This document shows, in pieces, positions 18,537 through 29,241 of a stretch of 64,000 bases of DNA. The notes below the pieces were generated by a model, which did no database searches, was not told the origin of the DNA, and was given only the letters and a program-made list of their open reading frames with translations. Every line of letters begins with the position of its first letter. Position 1 is the stretch's first letter. The position numbers and the translations under genes were made by a program. This stretch comes from an uncultured Nitrososphaerota archaeon (GTDB taxonomy: Archaea > Thermoproteota > Nitrososphaeria > Nitrososphaerales > CADDZS01): assembly GCA_963799845.1 (NCBI GenBank), contig CAWCYI010000004.1, positions 352,001-416,000 of the forward strand. The letters run 5' to 3'.

Positions 18537-20884
18537 TTGGTAGGAAACCAGACCGCGTCAAGACAGGTCAGTTTTGTCGACCTCCCATTGATAAAATCCG
18601 GACTGTTGGAGAAAAGATCCTACCAGGAGGAGGTCGCCAAATCGTGTTCAGCCCAAAATACGCTCATCATGCTTCCTACCGGTCTGGGAAAAACTGCCAT
18701 TGCTCTGCTAATCGTGGCTGAATTTCTTTCCAAGAACGACGATTCGAGAGCTCTCGTGCTCGCGCCGACTCGAGTTCTCGTTCATCAGCATTACTCCTTT
18801 TTTTCAAACTATCTGGACATTCCAAGCGAGCAGATTGCCATTCTAACGGGCGAGGATCCGCCTGAGATAAGGGATTCTGCATGGAAGAAGAGACTTGTTT
18901 GTGCGACGCCTCAGGTCGCCGCAATTGAATTGGAGAAACAGAAAGTCGATTTGCGAGATTTTTCTTTGATAATTTTCGACGAGGTCCATCGGGCAGTCGG
19001 AAATCATGCCTACACCGTGATAGCTTCGTTATACAATGAATTCAGGCCGGACGGCCGCATAGTCGGCATGACAGCTTCGTTGCCTTCTGACAAGGCCAAA
19101 ATCGAAGAAATTGTGTCAAAACTGAAGATAACTAAAGTCGAAACCCGTGATGAAAAAAGTGAAGATGTTCGGCCTTTTGTTTACAAAACAGATGTTGATT
19201 GGATCGAGGTCGAACTTTCTTCCAGTCTAAAATCGATCCGGGATCTGATGCGAGATTCTTTGAACGCAAGGTTGAAGATGATGGAAGATGCTTCGCTTCT
19301 GCGACGAAATAACTACGGGTCAATTACTCTTAAGGATCTGTTGAAGTTACGAGCAAAGGTAGATCAGATCCAGAGCTCGCAACTCAAAAACGCGCTTTTT
19401 AGCTCGATTAGACTGTATCATGCTCTAAATCTGATTGAGACGCAGAGCCTTTCCGCCTTCAAGAAATTCATGGATAGATTGATGGAGAGGAAGAGAGGAT
19501 ACGGGATGTCAGAGCTGCTTAACGATTCCCGAGTCGTGGAGGCGTACGAAGAGGCAAGAGCCGCTCTCATAGCCGGAAATGAGCATCCGAAAATTACCAA
19601 GCTCCTTGAGCTTGCAAAGTCAGTCAAACCCGGCGAGAGGGCTATTGTCTTCGCGAGTTACAGGGATACGGTGGACCAGATTTACTCAGAGCTTGTCAAA
19701 AATGGTTTCAAAGCCGGCTATCTGATCGGAAAAAGTGGAGAAAGTGGGCAGAGTCAAAAGAGTCAGATTCGATCACTGCGGCAGCTCAGGGAGGGCGTGT
19801 CCGACATTTTGGTCGCAACTCAGGTCGGAGAAGAGGGCCTTGATGTTGCCGATTGTAACATGGTTGTGTTTTACGACAACGTCCCCAGTGCAGTTAGGTT
19901 CGTCCAGCGAAAAGGTAGAACTGGAAGAAAAAAGGAAGGACATCTGTATGTCCTGATCACGAAGGGGACCCGTGACGAAGCATACTACTGGTTGAGTAAG
20001 AGACGTCTCAGTGACACGAAAAAGTTTGCAACTGCTCTGGTGAAGTCAAAGACCGAAAAGAAGGGGCCTCTTGATCAGTTCGTTTCTGCCGGTAGTGAAA
20101 ATACGCCTCTTGTTTATGCGGACACGAGGGAGATTCCCGAGCTTATCGAAAAGATTAGGCAGAGGGGTTCGAGGGTCGAGGTCAAGCAGACTTGATTTTG
20201 GCGATTTTGTCCTTTCAAGCGACGTGGTCATCGAAAGAAAGACGCTTGATGATTTTGTGAAATCAATCTATGACGGAAGACTATTCAAGCAGCTTGCCAC
20301 TATGAGCGAAAAATATTCTCGCCCCATACTGGTAATTCAGGGTGATAAAAAACACCTTTCGGGAATCGGAGAGACTGCATTTTACGGCGCCCTCGCGAGC
20401 GTTCTAGCAGATTTCAAAGTGCCAGTCTTCTTCGCTGCAAACGAAAAGGAGGTTTCAGAAATCATTTTTCATATTGCAAGAAGAGAGCAGGTGGAAAAGA
20501 AAAGGGAGACCAGAATAAGAGAGGGGCGGAAACCAGTTACTCTTTCTGAGAATCAAAGGTACATTGTCTCAGGCATTCCGGGTGTGAGCGGGGTTCTCGC
20601 TGATCGATTGCTGAGTGAAATGGAGACTCTTGAAAAGCTGTTTTCCTCCAGTGAGCTGAGATCTTCTCAAGGTAAGTGGGATAGGTGATATCATGGCAAG
20701 CAGGATCAGAGGACTAGCTACCGCCAGGTACGTCACTGCTACTCCTGCGGAGATGGAAAAAATTGCAGAGAAAGACACGTTGGAGCAGTTTTCAGTCGTC
20801 GAAAATAGAAGTCTGATGGGACTCGAAGTCAAGAGTTCTAAAGAGGAGGAGAACCTGGACATACCTCCTCCTAGCGATGACTGA
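18537..20884 (+). CDS. hef: Hef helicase-nuclease (SF2 DEAH helicase + ERCC4/XPF nuclease + HhH), split by +1 insertions at 20190 and 20659
   Basis: PTGLGKT, DEVH, TAS, QRKGRTGR; then ADTRE...GDF...ERKT..DF..SI.DGRL..Q; restored HhH LLKVSGIG..MA; three ORF-track pieces join after removing two bases. Confidence 0.92.
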
Positions 20885-21213
20885 CAGATCTGTTATGCCA
20901 ACTGACAGACTATGGAAACTGCTGCTATCTTAACGCTCGATATTTTTTGTCAATTAAAGGACGCATGGTACTTTTCCCTGCACAATGATCTGCTATCGTA
21001 TCCGAAAATTATCGACGTGAGATATGAGTGAGCGGTTCGATATCTCGATTCTTCGAAAAAGAGAGGGACGAAGATAGGGATACAGCTGGAATTCAAATAC
21101 CCAATTATTATCAAAAGGAAATGAGGGATTTCTCGCGAGATTTGTGACACGAAAATCTAGTCACATTTTTAACCACAATTCCAATTTTCTTTTTCCAAAC
21201 AGCTGACAAGTAA

Positions 21214-22129
21214 GTGAAGAAAACCGACAACATATGGTTCGATGGGGAAATTGTACCATGGGATAAAGCTACAGTTCACGTAATGACGCACTCCCTTCAC
21301 TACGGCAGTGCGATTTTCGAGGGAATAAGATGCTACAATACTGAAAAGGGGACGATGATCTTTCGTCTCGATGCGCATCTCAAGCGTTTTTACAACAGCG
21401 CTAGAATCTATGGGATGCAGATACCATATGCTCCCGACGAGCTTGCATCTGCGATTAAGGAAACTATCCGGTCAAACAACATCAATGAATGTTACATCCG
21501 CCCTATTGCATTCTACGGATGGGACGAGGTCGGTGTAAATCCGCAGGGTAACAGGGTTCATCTTGCCATAGCAGTCTGGCCGTGGCTGCCCTATCTTGGA
21601 GAAGAGGGCCTGAAGAGAGGCGTCAGATGCAAGGTCTCCTCCTGGGCGAGGATAGATCCGAGGTCAATGCCGATGATGGCAAAGGCCGCTGCCAATTATG
21701 CAAACAGCATCCTTGCCCGACTCGAAGCCCAGAACGATGGTTATCATGAAGCGATCCTCCTCAACGGCAGCGGAATGGTTACGGAAGGAACTGGCGAGAA
21801 CATTTTCTTGGTCAGCAACGGTGAGATAGTGACGCCGCCGCTCAGCGCCGGTATCCTTCCGGGAATTACCAGAGAATCGATAATCGAATTGGGACGCAAG
21901 ATGGGTTTCAAAGTCCGGGAAATAAATGTGAGTCGAAGTGAGCTCCTCCTTGCGGATGAGCTGTTCTTTTCGGGAACAGCTGCCGAAGTAACGCCTATCA
22001 GGGAGGTAGACAATCAAAAAATTGGAAACGGCATACGAGGCCCAATCACAGAAAAAATCCAATCAAAATTCTTTGAAATAGTTCGTGGCAAAGATCCTCA
22101 GCTTCTCGCGCTGGCTTAACGCAATTTGA
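21214..22129 (+). CDS. ilvE: branched-chain amino acid aminotransferase
   Basis: HSLHYG.AIFEG.R, YIRP, AK...NY.NS, EG.GENIF, L.GITR, GTAAEVTP; as assembled it ends at 22119, but removing one base at ~22102 gives the typical tail DPQFSRWLNAI* ending 22129. Confidence 0.95.
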
Positions 22130-22381
22130 AGCCAAATAGGGCCAAGATTGCTGGTTTAAGTTTCAAGAAAGGCCGATTCTGCTATTGCCATAAATTCTGG
22201 TGGTCCCAAGATAAGAAGAGTAATAAGGCGGATTCATGTATAATATAGTTGATGTATTTTAGGGATCAATTTTTTCAAAGTTCCTGCTTTGACTTTTGTC
22301 GGATTATCGGCAACTCGTTTCAACTGGCTTTCACGGCTATTTTCCAAAGGAAATCCTTTGGAGTTTGAGTTGGTGAAATAA

Positions 22382-22948
22382 TTGTCAGAACACATTGGGA
22401 CTCGTCAACTCTACCCGATCAAAGGAGGATATTACGTTCCCGCAGAAACCTTTGTCCTATTGCAGGACTACGAGGAAAAGGACTGGCCCGAGATAGTCTC
22501 AATCGTAGCCGGTTATACAAACGGATACAGCAGCAAGGTCTGCCTTTCTCAAGAAGAGTCTGAAACTCTTCTCAACAAGTTTCAGAGAAAGGAAAGGACT
22601 GAACTGGAGCTCGATGAAAGGATGCAGAAAATACTCATAGCTCTGGTCGAAAGGTCGCCCAGGCGAATATGGGAGATTGCAGAGATAGTCGAGCCACCCC
22701 TTCAGCGAGGTCGAAAAATTATCCCGAGTCCATTCCTACGCTCTGCCATAAAACGGATGAACGGAACTCTTGTTATGAGCACGAAGAGTGAAGTCGAAAT
22801 TACCGATGCCGGATTGAAAGCGGTTTCCAAGGCTGTTGGTAGTACTCGGGTGGCAAAAGCTCGAAAGGATGGAGCCGTAGCAAAGGCCGCGAGGGAACAA
22901 GATTTACAGCTTAGGCGCGAGCAAAACCTTTCTCAAAGCTTGCTCTAA
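22382..22948 (+). CDS. hypothetical protein with a possible C-terminal winged-helix
   Basis: GGTGA SD upstream; LDERMQKILIAL...IWEIAE...EITDAGL pattern. Confidence 0.6.
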   Translation: MSEHIGTRQLYPIKGGYYVPAETFVLLQDYEEKDWPEIVSIVAGYTNGYSSKVCLSQEESETLLNKFQRKERTELELDERMQKILIALVERSPRRIWEIAEIVEPPLQRGRKIIPSPFLRSAIKRMNGTLVMSTKSEVEITDAGLKAVSKAVGSTRVAKARKDGAVAKAAREQDLQLRREQNLSQSLL

Positions 22949-23038
22949 TCTGGTTCAACAATTCTTAACTTCAACAAGGAAAAGCCTATCTGAGTCGATC
23001 GTGTCAGAAGGCTAGCCCAAAATTAAGGTGATATTCGA

Positions 23039-24256
23039 ATGGTGAATGGCGTGGTGAAGAATGATCACTTCACTTCCGGTAAAGAGAATTCTTATGTTAC
23101 AACCGGTGGTAAGAGAGTTATTCTCGTGACGTACCCGGACGAATTTGTGCAAAATGAAGCAATCGAACTGACGCAAGCTGCGGGCTATCAGATAATTCAT
23201 CTGTTAACCCAAAAGAGATTGATCCACCAACAGTACGGGGTCGGAAACGGGAAAGCCGAGGAGCTCCGGGATATTGCTGAAAATGAAAAGACTGATATGA
23301 TTATAGTTGACGAACGTCTTTCCTCGGGACAAGCTCACAATCTGGCAAAATTTTGTCATCAAGAAGTGATAGATCGCGAGAGGCTTATTCTGGACATATT
23401 CAATTCCAGAGCAACTACCACTGAAGCCAAGCTTCAGGTAAAACTTGCTGAGTTGAAATATGAAATTCCAAGGGCGAGGGAAGCCGTCAGGATTTCTCTG
23501 AAGGGGGAGCAGGCGGGGTTTATGGGGATGGGAGAATACGCCGTTGATATTAAGTTTAGAGCACTCAAGAGACAGATGGTTTCAATCCAGAAGAAGCTTG
23601 AAGATGCGAGAAGACAACGTCAGCTCTTTAAGACTTCCAGGGCGAAGCTTAACATTCCGTACGTTTCCCTTGCAGGTTACACCAGCAGCGGAAAAACTAC
23701 ACTCTTCAACAAGTTTGTCTCAGAGACAAAAGAAGAGTCTCCCAATCTATTCACAACTCTTACGACGACCACTCGAAGTTTTGAGCCACTGCCACAAAGA
23801 AAAGTACTCTTGTCTGACACTGTCGGGTTCATCAGCAGGCTCCCGACCTACATGGTTGAAGCATTCAAGTCGACCCTGGAGGAGTTGACATACGCGGATC
23901 TTATTTTGCTTATGATAGATTCGAGCGAGCAATTAAGCGATATTCAGATCAAATATCAAAGCTGCAGAGAGGTTCTAGATCAACTCCACATTAATCCGGT
24001 GAAAATTCTATGTGTCCTGAATAAGATCGATCTGGTCCCGAACGAGGAAATCGCTGAGAAGGTAGCAATATTTTGCGATCTCCCCACCATTTCTATTTCG
24101 GCGAAAACTGGAGAAGGCACAAAGAAACTGCGATTGAAAATCGTCCAGAGAGTTTTTGAAGAAGAGGATATTATGAGTGAAGCCCTGGACGAAAGAAAAA
24201 TCGTTTCTGGCAGTCCGCTTCAAGCGATGGATCATCTGGATTCGAACCCTGATTGA
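23039..24256 (+). CDS. hflX: ribosome-associated GTPase HflX
   Basis: G.GKAEE, IDRERLILDIF..RA...EAKLQV.LA.L.Y, GYTSSGKTT, DTVGF, NKID, ISAK. Confidence 0.95.
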   Translation: MVNGVVKNDHFTSGKENSYVTTGGKRVILVTYPDEFVQNEAIELTQAAGYQIIHLLTQKRLIHQQYGVGNGKAEELRDIAENEKTDMIIVDERLSSGQAHNLAKFCHQEVIDRERLILDIFNSRATTTEAKLQVKLAELKYEIPRAREAVRISLKGEQAGFMGMGEYAVDIKFRALKRQMVSIQKKLEDARRQRQLFKTSRAKLNIPYVSLAGYTSSGKTTLFNKFVSETKEESPNLFTTLTTTTRSFEPLPQRKVLLSDTVGFISRLPTYMVEAFKSTLEELTYADLILLMIDSSEQLSDIQIKYQSCREVLDQLHINPVKILCVLNKIDLVPNEEIAEKVAIFCDLPTISISAKTGEGTKKLRLKIVQRVFEEEDIMSEALDERKIVSGSPLQAMDHLDSNPD

Positions 24257-24323
24257 ACCGGCTTTCGGAGCTGGGGAGATTCCTAATTAGCCCGTCGCGA
24301 TAGGTAAGAAGAGTTTCCTGCAA

Positions 24324-24566
24324 TTGATCAGGACCATTCTCGAAATTATCGGGGCGCTTATTCTGATTGTCTTTGGCCTGCTTTTTCTCCTGTTTCTTCC
24401 CACCACTATTTCAGAAATATCAACTGATGCAATTTTTATCGGGGCTGGAGTACTGATCTTCCGAAAGGCGGTCCTGGATCAAAGGAAGGAAAAAATACAA
24501 AATAGGACAGATCAGAATAATCAAAAGAATCCAAAGTCAAAGACGGAGAAAAAGAAGATGCGATGA
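24324..24566 (+). CDS. small 2-TM membrane protein
   Basis: Two hydrophobic helices and a basic tail. Confidence 0.55.
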   Translation: MIRTILEIIGALILIVFGLLFLLFLPTTISEISTDAIFIGAGVLIFRKAVLDQRKEKIQNRTDQNNQKNPKSKTEKKKMR

Positions 24567-24649
24567 TGATTTGAATAAAGAGTTATTTCGGCGCGAATTC
24601 AGAAAGAGCTTAGAATAAGCATGGTTCTTGCTAAGGAATCGATTTTTTA

Positions 24650-24892
24650 TTGAGACCTCTTGAATTGGGGGAAAAGAAGACCCTTTACAGATTCTCCAAA
24701 TCTATTCTTATTCTCTCGGGCGCTTCTTTAATATTTTATGGCGCATGGTACGTCGTTAATGGATTGCTCGAGAGTCCTCACAGTTCTCAATTCTGGTTTG
24801 GCGTATTTCCGGTCTACGTAGGTTCCATGATGATTCTAATTTCGCTTGCGATGCGGATTGAATGGTTTACTGATGCAAGAAGATTCTGGTGA
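24650..24892 (+). CDS. small 2-TM membrane protein
   Basis: Two TMs; stop overlaps the start of the downstream LLM gene (GTGA). Confidence 0.6.
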   Translation: MRPLELGEKKTLYRFSKSILILSGASLIFYGAWYVVNGLLESPHSSQFWFGVFPVYVGSMMILISLAMRIEWFTDARRFW

Positions 24893-25923
24893 CCTCGTTG
24901 ACAAAACGAAAATTCGGTATTTCGATTGAACCGACGTGGCCGATAAAATACTCCGTAGAACTCGCGATCCTGGCAGAAAGAAACGAATTTTCGAATATCT
25001 GGGTTCCAGACGGAGGACCATCTCCTCCCTACAGCGATTCGATAGTTACTCTTGCGGCGGTCGCATCTAGTACTTCAAAAATAAAATTTGGCAGCGCCAT
25101 CCTAAATTTCTACACGCGAAATCCGGCATGGATAGCATCAAGCTTTCTAGCATTGTCTGATCTGGGTTCGAGAGGAAACAGGTCGCCGTCCCAAAGATCG
25201 GTCCTTGGACTTGGAGTTGGGGCGGATTATAACGTGGCTAAGTTTGGAATAAGGAATAGGAAGGGAGTCATTATCGAGCTTCGCGAAGCTATCGAGTCCA
25301 TCTCCGATCTCTTTGAAGGAAAAGAGGTTACCGTCAGAACCGATGCTTACGCTATCGAAGTCGTATCTCTTTCTAAACCCCGGAGGAAAATCCCGATTTA
25401 TGTTGGATCAAGTTCGGCGAAAGGCCTCGAATTGGCGGGAGAAATTTCCGATGGAGTTATCCTCACAGACAGAATTCCCTCAGATATCGAGGAGAGCGTA
25501 AATCACATTATTCTGGGGTTGGCCTACTCTTCGAGAAGCAGGAAAGATATCGAGATTGTAAATTCAGTTGTGGTTTCTATTGATGATGATCGTGAACGAG
25601 CAAGACGTGTAGCCAAACCCACTTGTGCCTATTTAGTAGCGTGGATGAGTGATGAGAAAGCCGAAGCTCATCAAATTGATCTGAGGAATAAAAGTCAAAT
25701 TACAAAATTCATTGAAAGCGGCGATGAAGGATCGGCCGCGAAATTAGTCGACCACAAGATGGTCGACTTGTTGACAGCTTCGGGAAACGTTCATGATTGT
25801 CTCGAAAAATGTAGAGAGTACTTCGAACATGATGTTGATCAGCTAGCCTTTTGTGAACCATTTGGGCCGAGGCCAAAGGACAGCATTACGAAGATAGCAA
25901 TGAAAATAATTCCGAAATTGTAG
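24889..25923 (+). CDS. LLM-class (Mer-like, possibly F420-dependent) flavin oxidoreductase
   Basis: A.LAE...F..IWV.D, LAA.A..T..IK.G.AI.N.Y.RNP, IPIYVG......LELAGEI.DGVI. Confidence 0.85.
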   Translation: MTSLTKRKFGISIEPTWPIKYSVELAILAERNEFSNIWVPDGGPSPPYSDSIVTLAAVASSTSKIKFGSAILNFYTRNPAWIASSFLALSDLGSRGNRSPSQRSVLGLGVGADYNVAKFGIRNRKGVIIELREAIESISDLFEGKEVTVRTDAYAIEVVSLSKPRRKIPIYVGSSSAKGLELAGEISDGVILTDRIPSDIEESVNHIILGLAYSSRSRKDIEIVNSVVVSIDDDRERARRVAKPTCAYLVAWMSDEKAEAHQIDLRNKSQITKFIESGDEGSAAKLVDHKMVDLLTASGNVHDCLEKCREYFEHDVDQLAFCEPFGPRPKDSITKIAMKIIPKL

Positions 25924-26006
25924 GCTTACGCCAGCAAGTTAAAATACGCTAATCAGGAAAGATATATCCGCGCATTAAGGATAACCATAGCAAGAGTGAT
26001 CCAGTG

Positions 26007-26045
26007 ATGTTCTTCCAATATCTTCTGCCCTTGTCGGGCCTATAG
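26007..26045 (+). CDS. putative leader peptide MFFQYLLPLSGL upstream of the aro operon
   Basis: 12-codon ORF with an SD-like GAGTGATCC whose GTGA core ends 7 nt before the ATG; GAAAGATATAT BRE/TATA-like box at 25957-25967; Phe-Phe-x-Tyr codons. Confidence 0.45.
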   Translation: MFFQYLLPLSGL

Positions 26046-26163
26046 AACAGTGTAGCGCAAGTATTCCATCTACCGGTCTTTCAAGTACTCAGATTTTACG
26101 TGTTTCTTCAGACAGGCGAACTGCATCCATGAGCCTCATTTTGTTTGAGGGGTCGGTTTCGAT

Positions 26164-27234
26164 TTGAGCATTGTAATGAAACCTTCCGCAACGAAAGACG
26201 AAATTGACGTTGTTATACGTAAGATCAAGTCAGCTGGACTCAGGGCGGATGTCTCTTCCGGAGAGTATCAAACGGTTATTGGTATCGTGGGGGACGAAAA
26301 GAAGGTCGATTTTGACCAGATTAAATCGATGGATGGAGTTTTTGACGCAATTAGAATTCAAGTCCCATATAGGTTAATCAGTCGAAGCTACATACCTTCA
26401 GATATCACGGTTAAGGTCGGGGACATTGCGATAGGAGGCGACAATCCTCCAGTTTACATGGCAGGTCCCTGCTCTATTGAAAGTTACGAGCAACTTTACA
26501 GAATTGCAAGAGAAGTTAAAGACGCGGGTGCACACATCCTCAGAGGTGGCGCGTTTAAGCCCAGAACTTCAGTTCACTCATTCCAAGGACTGGGAGTGGA
26601 AGGGTTGGAACATTTGCAGAATGTAGGAAAAGACCTCGGTATGCCGACCGTGACCGAGATAAGGAGCGAGGTCGATGTTGACACCGTAGCTAGACATACC
26701 GATGTACTCCAAATAGGAGCGAGGAACATGTTCAACCAGGACCTGATTGAGGCTGCGGCCAAAACTGGAAAGCCTATTTTGTTTAAGCGTGGTTTTTCTT
26801 CTCAGATCGATGAATATCTAAGCTTCGCCGAAAGAATCGTTGCAAATGGGAATCGCAACATTTTGCTTTGTGAAAGAGGTATAATGCCGCTCGGGGGCTC
26901 GTTCAAGTTGCAAACGAGATTCACTCTTGACCTCAATGCGGTCCCGGTTCTAAGAAAGGAAACCCCTTTCCCGGTCATTGCTGATCCGAGCCATGGAACT
27001 GGTCGTCGAGATCTTGTTTTACCGATGAGCAGGGCAGCGATCGCATCAGGTGCGCACGGATTAATGATCGAGGTTCACGACCGTCCGCAAGAAGCGTTGA
27101 GTGATGGCGCGCAGGCCGTATTACCGGAAGATCTAAAGAAAATAATCAAGATTTCGGACCTTGTTTACAGAGCAATTCGAGACAGCGGATCTCCTTTTTC
27201 AAGCGACATAAGAAATGGCACCGAGCACGCTTGA
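26164..27234 (+). CDS. aroF: DAHP synthase type I-beta with N-terminal ferredoxin-like regulatory domain
   Basis: AGPCSIES, LRGGAFKPRTS, QIGARNM, LCERG, DPSHGTG, EVH.RP..ALSDG.Q. Confidence 0.95.
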   Translation: MSIVMKPSATKDEIDVVIRKIKSAGLRADVSSGEYQTVIGIVGDEKKVDFDQIKSMDGVFDAIRIQVPYRLISRSYIPSDITVKVGDIAIGGDNPPVYMAGPCSIESYEQLYRIAREVKDAGAHILRGGAFKPRTSVHSFQGLGVEGLEHLQNVGKDLGMPTVTEIRSEVDVDTVARHTDVLQIGARNMFNQDLIEAAAKTGKPILFKRGFSSQIDEYLSFAERIVANGNRNILLCERGIMPLGGSFKLQTRFTLDLNAVPVLRKETPFPVIADPSHGTGRRDLVLPMSRAAIASGAHGLMIEVHDRPQEALSDGAQAVLPEDLKKIIKISDLVYRAIRDSGSPFSSDIRNGTEHA

Positions 27235-28315
27235 AATCAACTTCTCCAGAAGCCGAGATAAGTGCTCCATCGTTTTGGGAGACGACCTTTTAGATGAGCT
27301 GGATCTAGAGCTCTTTTCCGGTGCTAGCTCGGTTGCAGTAATCAGCGACGATATCGTGGCTAAACTCTATTCTGTAAAGCTGCTGGATCGCATGTCTGGG
27401 GCAGTAAAAACTCATCTCATAACTTTCCAACATGGAGAGAGAAACAAAAACTTGGCGACCGTCGAAAAGATCACAAAGACAATGAGCGCACTAGGCCTAG
27501 ATCGCAAGAGCATAGTTTTGGCTTTAGGAGGAGGAGTCGTTGGCGACCTCACCGGTTTCGTTGCTTCGATATACAAGAGGGGGATCAAATATTTTCAAGT
27601 GCCTACCACTCTTCTCGCTCAAGTGGATAGTAGCATCGGAGGAAAGTGTGGAGTCGATACGGGGTGGGGGAAAAACCAGTTGGGATCGTTTTATCAGCCC
27701 ACGGCGGTTCTAATCGACAAATCAACACTGGACTCCCTTCCGGAGCGCGAGATGATTAATGGACTGGGAGAGATGATAAAGTCCGGAATTATAGCAAACA
27801 GCGCCCTGTTCAAATCAATCGAGTCCGCTAAAGAATACTCCATCCAGAAATTAAAACCGCTGATTGGAGACACCTGTAAGATCAAGGCAAAGATTGTTGA
27901 AGCTGACGAACGGGAGTCCAATCTTAGAAATGTGTTAAATTATGGTCACACAATTGGACACGGGCTAGAATCCTCATCGGGATACAGGCTCTCTCATGGG
28001 AAATCTATAATTCTAGGAATGAGTTGCGAGGGCTGGATCGCGCGCGAGTTAGGAATATTTGATCCAAAAGATTACGATCGACAGAACAACTTACTCAAAG
28101 GAATAAGAAATCGATTCAAAGTTGGAACTCGATTCGACCCAAAAGCTGTCCTCTCGTTTGCACTACTAGATAAGAAGAATGTCGGAGGGGTGGTGAATAT
28201 GAGCCTGCCCCAAAAGATCGGCCGCATGCATTCAACTGGTGGTAAATATGCGACGCCGGTTTCGAAGAGCCTTCTTTTGAAATCTTTGGAAAATTTGCGG
28301 AATGGTGTGGATTGA
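27215..28315 (+). CDS. aroB: 3-dehydroquinate synthase (canonical AroB)
   Basis: GE..K, LGGGVVGDL.GF.A..Y.RG, PTTLLAQVDSS.GGK, LNYGHT.GH.LE, HG. Confidence 0.95.
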   Translation: MAPSTLEINFSRSRDKCSIVLGDDLLDELDLELFSGASSVAVISDDIVAKLYSVKLLDRMSGAVKTHLITFQHGERNKNLATVEKITKTMSALGLDRKSIVLALGGGVVGDLTGFVASIYKRGIKYFQVPTTLLAQVDSSIGGKCGVDTGWGKNQLGSFYQPTAVLIDKSTLDSLPEREMINGLGEMIKSGIIANSALFKSIESAKEYSIQKLKPLIGDTCKIKAKIVEADERESNLRNVLNYGHTIGHGLESSSGYRLSHGKSIILGMSCEGWIARELGIFDPKDYDRQNNLLKGIRNRFKVGTRFDPKAVLSFALLDKKNVGGVVNMSLPQKIGRMHSTGGKYATPVSKSLLLKSLENLRNGVD

Positions 28316-29241
28316 TGCCCCTTCAGAAATCAATCTGTTTAACGCATTCAGCAATCTCAGTTGTTAGCGCGTTTGCTTCCGGTAAGGGAGCTGCGATAGG
28401 AATTGGAATTCCTTGCAGGGTCAGTGCTGAACTCAAGGATCGCGATATAGGAAATAGATCATTGGCTATCAGAATTGTCGGAAAAATTTCCGATCCTCAC
28501 GACCTGGTTCGTAAATCTGTGAGCTCTACTATGGATTATCTCAAGGTTGCGATCCCAAGCTCGCAACAACTAGTCATAGACATAGATTCCAAAATCCCTG
28601 TCGCAGTGGGACTAAAGAGTTCCAGCGCGGTATCCGTTGCGGTCGTGAAGGCGGTGTTCGAACTATTTTCCGAAGGCCAAACGCGAGACAAAACATTGGA
28701 GATTTTGCGTCTGAGTAGCAAAGCTTCAAAACGATCAGGAGCATCTTTGACTGGGGCTTTTGATGATGCAGCTGCAAGCCTTCTCGGGGGGCTTGCTTTC
28801 TCCGATAACACAAAGTTCAGACTACTAGGACATGAACCAATAGGCGAGGACTATGGATCAATTGTTAAGATCCTCGTTCCGGTGAGAAGGAAGAAGCTCA
28901 CGAGTAGCATGAACCTTTCGATGTACCAGAATTACAGAGAGATGAGTTCAGAGGCGTTCAAGTTCGCTCTCGACGGCGTTTTGGTACAGGCGATGCTTCT
29001 GAATTCAATAATCCACTCTCTTGTGCACCACTACTCGATGAGGCCCGTGGTTTCCTCTATCTCCGAGGGGGCTACCGCATCCGGAATATCGGGCAAAGGG
29101 CCGGCAGTAGCTGCGATCTTCAGAAGCTCAAAAATTGCCAACCGGGTTGCTCGCCGTTGGCTCGAAGAGAACCAAGATTGTAAGGTAATCACTTCATCAA
29201 TCATTCAGCCCTCAAACCAATTTGGAAAACGAGTAAAATGA
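28312..29241 (+). CDS. aroK: archaeal shikimate kinase (GHMP family)
   Basis: AISVV.AFA.GKG.A.GI, IP.AVGLKSSSA, S.TGAFDDA.AS..GG, SGKGPAV.A. Confidence 0.9.
   Translation: MMPLQKSICLTHSAISVVSAFASGKGAAIGIGIPCRVSAELKDRDIGNRSLAIRIVGKISDPHDLVRKSVSSTMDYLKVAIPSSQQLVIDIDSKIPVAVGLKSSSAVSVAVVKAVFELFSEGQTRDKTLEILRLSSKASKRSGASLTGAFDDAAASLLGGLAFSDNTKFRLLGHEPIGEDYGSIVKILVPVRRKKLTSSMNLSMYQNYREMSSEAFKFALDGVLVQAMLLNSIIHSLVHHYSMRPVVSSISEGATASGISGKGPAVAAIFRSSKIANRVARRWLEENQDCKVITSSIIQPSNQFGKRVK

Noticed and set aside
20180-20200. Programmed frameshift separating the Hef helicase and nuclease
   Set aside because: No slippery heptamer, a second insertion in the same gene, and the same +1 pattern in unrelated genes
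20912-21150. Short ORFs on both strands between hef and ilvE
   Set aside because: No recognisable motif and the plus-strand frame is interrupted by TGA; cannot support a gene call
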